In this document: positions 61,725-64,000 of the stretch, piece by piece | Numbering within the stretch: the stretch's first letter is position 1 | Layout: each line of letters begins with the position of its first letter | NCBI GenBank assembly: GCA_963832165.1 | Contig: CAWHTE010000007.1 | Coordinates: 640,001 to 704,000, forward strand | Direction: 5' to 3' | Origin: an uncultured delta proteobacterium | GTDB lineage: Bacteria > Myxococcota_A > UBA9160 > SMWR01 | DNA: 64,000 nucleotides | Made by a program: the position numbers and the translations under genes | The notes under the pieces: model-generated | The model's database searches: none | What the model saw: only the letters and a program-made list of their open reading frames with translations | What the model was told of the DNA's origin: nothing

Positions 61725-62856
61725 TCATCTCACACGGTGGGCCAGCGCCGCAGCCACCGCGATCGCGGCGCACCAGAGAGCAAGGCTGCCGAAGCCGAGA
61801 CCGATCCCGGCCGCGTCTCCTGCGGCGCCCGTGAGCCAGGGCACCGCGAAGCCGCCGAGCGCGCCCGCACCCGCCACGAGGCCGGTCGCCATGCCGCGCG
61901 CCGAGGGCGCGGCCTGGCCCGCGAGCGCGATCATCACGGGATAGATGCTGCCGAGCGCAGCGCCGAGCGCGAACAGCGCGACCTCGAGCGGCGTGCCCGC
62001 GAAGCTCGCCGTCGCCGCGAGCACCACCGTGGCGGCCGCGCCCGAGGCCAGGAGCACGCGCGCGTCGAGCGCGTGCGTGTCGAGCACGCGCGCGCCGAGC
62101 AACGCGACGCGGCCGACCAGGAGACCCAGCCAGAACGCGCTGATGCCGAGCTGTCCGCGCGCCGCGTCGAGCCCGAGCGCCTCGCTCGCGTACGGAACCG
62201 CGAACACCGTCACCGACGACTCGACGCCGACGTAGGCGAAGGCGACCGCTGCGAGCGGAATGAGCGGCGCGAGCGCGAGTGAGGCACGCGCTTCGCGATC
62301 GGGTGTCGGTACGCGCGGCTCCGGGCCGGGCAGCGGCACGCACGCGGCCCACCCGGCGAGCAGCACATGCGCCCAGCCGAGCGCGTGGAAGCTGTCCGTG
62401 AAGTGGTGGGTCGAGGCGATCCAGCCGACCAGCGGCGGTCCGAACATCGCGCCAACCGTGGCGGCCGAGTGCACGGCGAGCATCGGCCGCACCGCGCGCT
62501 CGCGATAGCGCTGCACCACCACCGCGTTGATCAGCGTGTCGTAGAGCCCGATTCCCGCGCCCGCGAACGCCGCGTGCGCGAGCCAGCGCGCATAGCCCAT
62601 CTCGCGTTCGACCCCGAGCAGCGCGGCGGCGGCCACCAGGGTCGATCCCACGAACAGCGGGCGGCGCGGATAGCGGTCGAAGAGCGGTCCCGCGATCACG
62701 ACGCCTGCGCCGAGCCCGAGTGCGAGCGACGAGGCGAGCAGGCCCGACTGCGAGAGATCGAGCCCGAGCTCGTGCGGCGAGATTCGCCTGGTTGGCGCCG
62801 ACCAGCACGAGCACCACGCCGAAGGCGAGGAACGCGCAGAAGCACAGCGCCAGCAC
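61725..62856 (-). CDS. MFS transporter, frameshift near 62780
   Basis: GPLFDRYPRR, GAMFGP, YVGVE, FWLGLLVGR, GALGG..VP. Confidence 0.8.
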
Positions 62857-62917
62857 CGGCGGGAGGCTATCTCAGATGGGCGTCGTCTCCGCGTCGCGCA
62901 GCGCGGAATGTGAGTGC

Positions 62918-63965
62918 CTACGGAAGTGCGTCGAGCCAGTCGAGCACGGCCTCCATGTAGAGCTGCGCGTTGAGCATCTGGTTCATGTCGTGGCCCGCAG
63001 CGGGCAGGATGTAGGCGTCGATCGACGGGACGTTCGGACCCAGGCGCGGTCCCTCGAACGCGATCAGCGCCTGCTCGCTCGTGCACGGCGCACCACCGAG
63101 CGCGGGCCCGCAGAAGAGCGAGTCGACTTCGCCGACGGTCAGGAACACCGGCACACGAATGTCGAGCGGGTGCAACAGGATCAGCGGATAGGTCTGGAGC
63201 TCGGACGAACGTGACGGTTCCCTTGGTCATCTCGTCGTAGCGAACCACCGCAGGATCGACGGTGGCGGGCGCGTAGAACGCCCCGTGACGCGAACCGACT
63301 TGGGTCGTCAGGTAACCGGGATCGAGCCCCGAGAACACGCCGAAGCGCGGATCGGCCAGCGCCGGGTACAGATTCGGTACGACGAGCACGGGCGCATTCA
63401 CGGTCGTGAGCCCGTGGGTGGCGCCCGTGAGGACGACGGCGTCGACGTCGTCGTAGCGGCTGGCTTCGAACCAGATCGTCCAGCTGCCGTAGGAGTGGCC
63501 GACCAGCACCACGGAATCGAACACCTTGCCATTGGCATCGGCGATCGTGCCCGCGCGGACGGCCTGGACCACCTGGTGCACCGTGTGGGCATTCGTATCG
63601 ATCGTCACGAACGCGCTCAGCGGATGGGAGCTGTTGCCGGCGCCGATCCGATCGAGCGCGAGCGTCGAGTATCCCGCCGCGAGCGCAGCGGCGACGAACG
63701 AGTAGCGATCGGTGTGACCCGTCGGGTCGGGGAAGTCCCAGTAGTTGCGGTCGTAGGTGATGCCGTGCACGAGCACGAGCAGCGTGCCCGTCGGCGCCGG
63801 GCCGGGGCGGCACAGCCGCCCGAAGATCTTCTGGTTGACCGGAGCGCCCGGCGCGAGTGCGACCGGGACGGTGACGTTGCTGCACACCGCGTTTGCCGCG
63901 GAGCTCGCGAACGAGCCGAGCGATGCCAGGACGCCCAAGGTGAGCGCGAACCATCGAGCGCGCAT
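62918..63965 (-). CDS. Secreted alpha/beta hydrolase, frameshift near 63206
   Basis: Signal peptide; LVHGITYDRNYW, DRIGAGNS, GHSYG, GEVD, AGHDMN; GGGAGG RBS. Confidence 0.8.
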
Positions 63966-64000
63966 GTGATCCCTCCCGAATCGCAGCTCGCCGCAGCGAC

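Noticed and set aside
61725..63965. 746-aa hydrolase-MFS fusion in the ORF track
   Set aside because: Artefact of two frameshifts. The hydrolase ends at 62918 and the MFS has its own TAGCCT-N7-GTG start at 62856.

Overview
High-GC bacterial chromosome window, inferred to be Myxococcota/deltaproteobacterial-like from gene content. It has about 70 densely packed CDS and no rRNA, tRNA, CRISPR array or transposase. Recognisable genes: fabG (partial), a PBP1B-type mrcB, argD, folB, cofG-cofH, a divergent dnaA paralogue, thiC, uup, aroC, mutY, acs, pepP, rnd, ilvE and proS, plus many lipid/aromatic catabolic enzymes. Seven genes, including essential proS, carry small frameshifts that look like long-read indel errors. 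Highlights: (1) a Wss1-like (WLM) metalloprotease whose frameshift-corrected C-terminus is the beta-clamp motif QLSLF, next to a LON substrate-binding-domain protein and a DnaA paralogue with altered arginine finger and DNA-recognition helix; (2) an unannotated sigma54-driven, terminator-ended ~205-nt RNA convergent with rnd; (3) a ~50-bp repeat in three copies, one translated in frame inside a protein; (4) an outer-membrane barrel / cupredoxin / cyclase operon whose cyclase has guanylate-type specificity residues; (5) a small orphan gene behind tandem and helically phased repeats; (6) many leaderless-type starts. All product calls come from motif recognition only; no database search was run.
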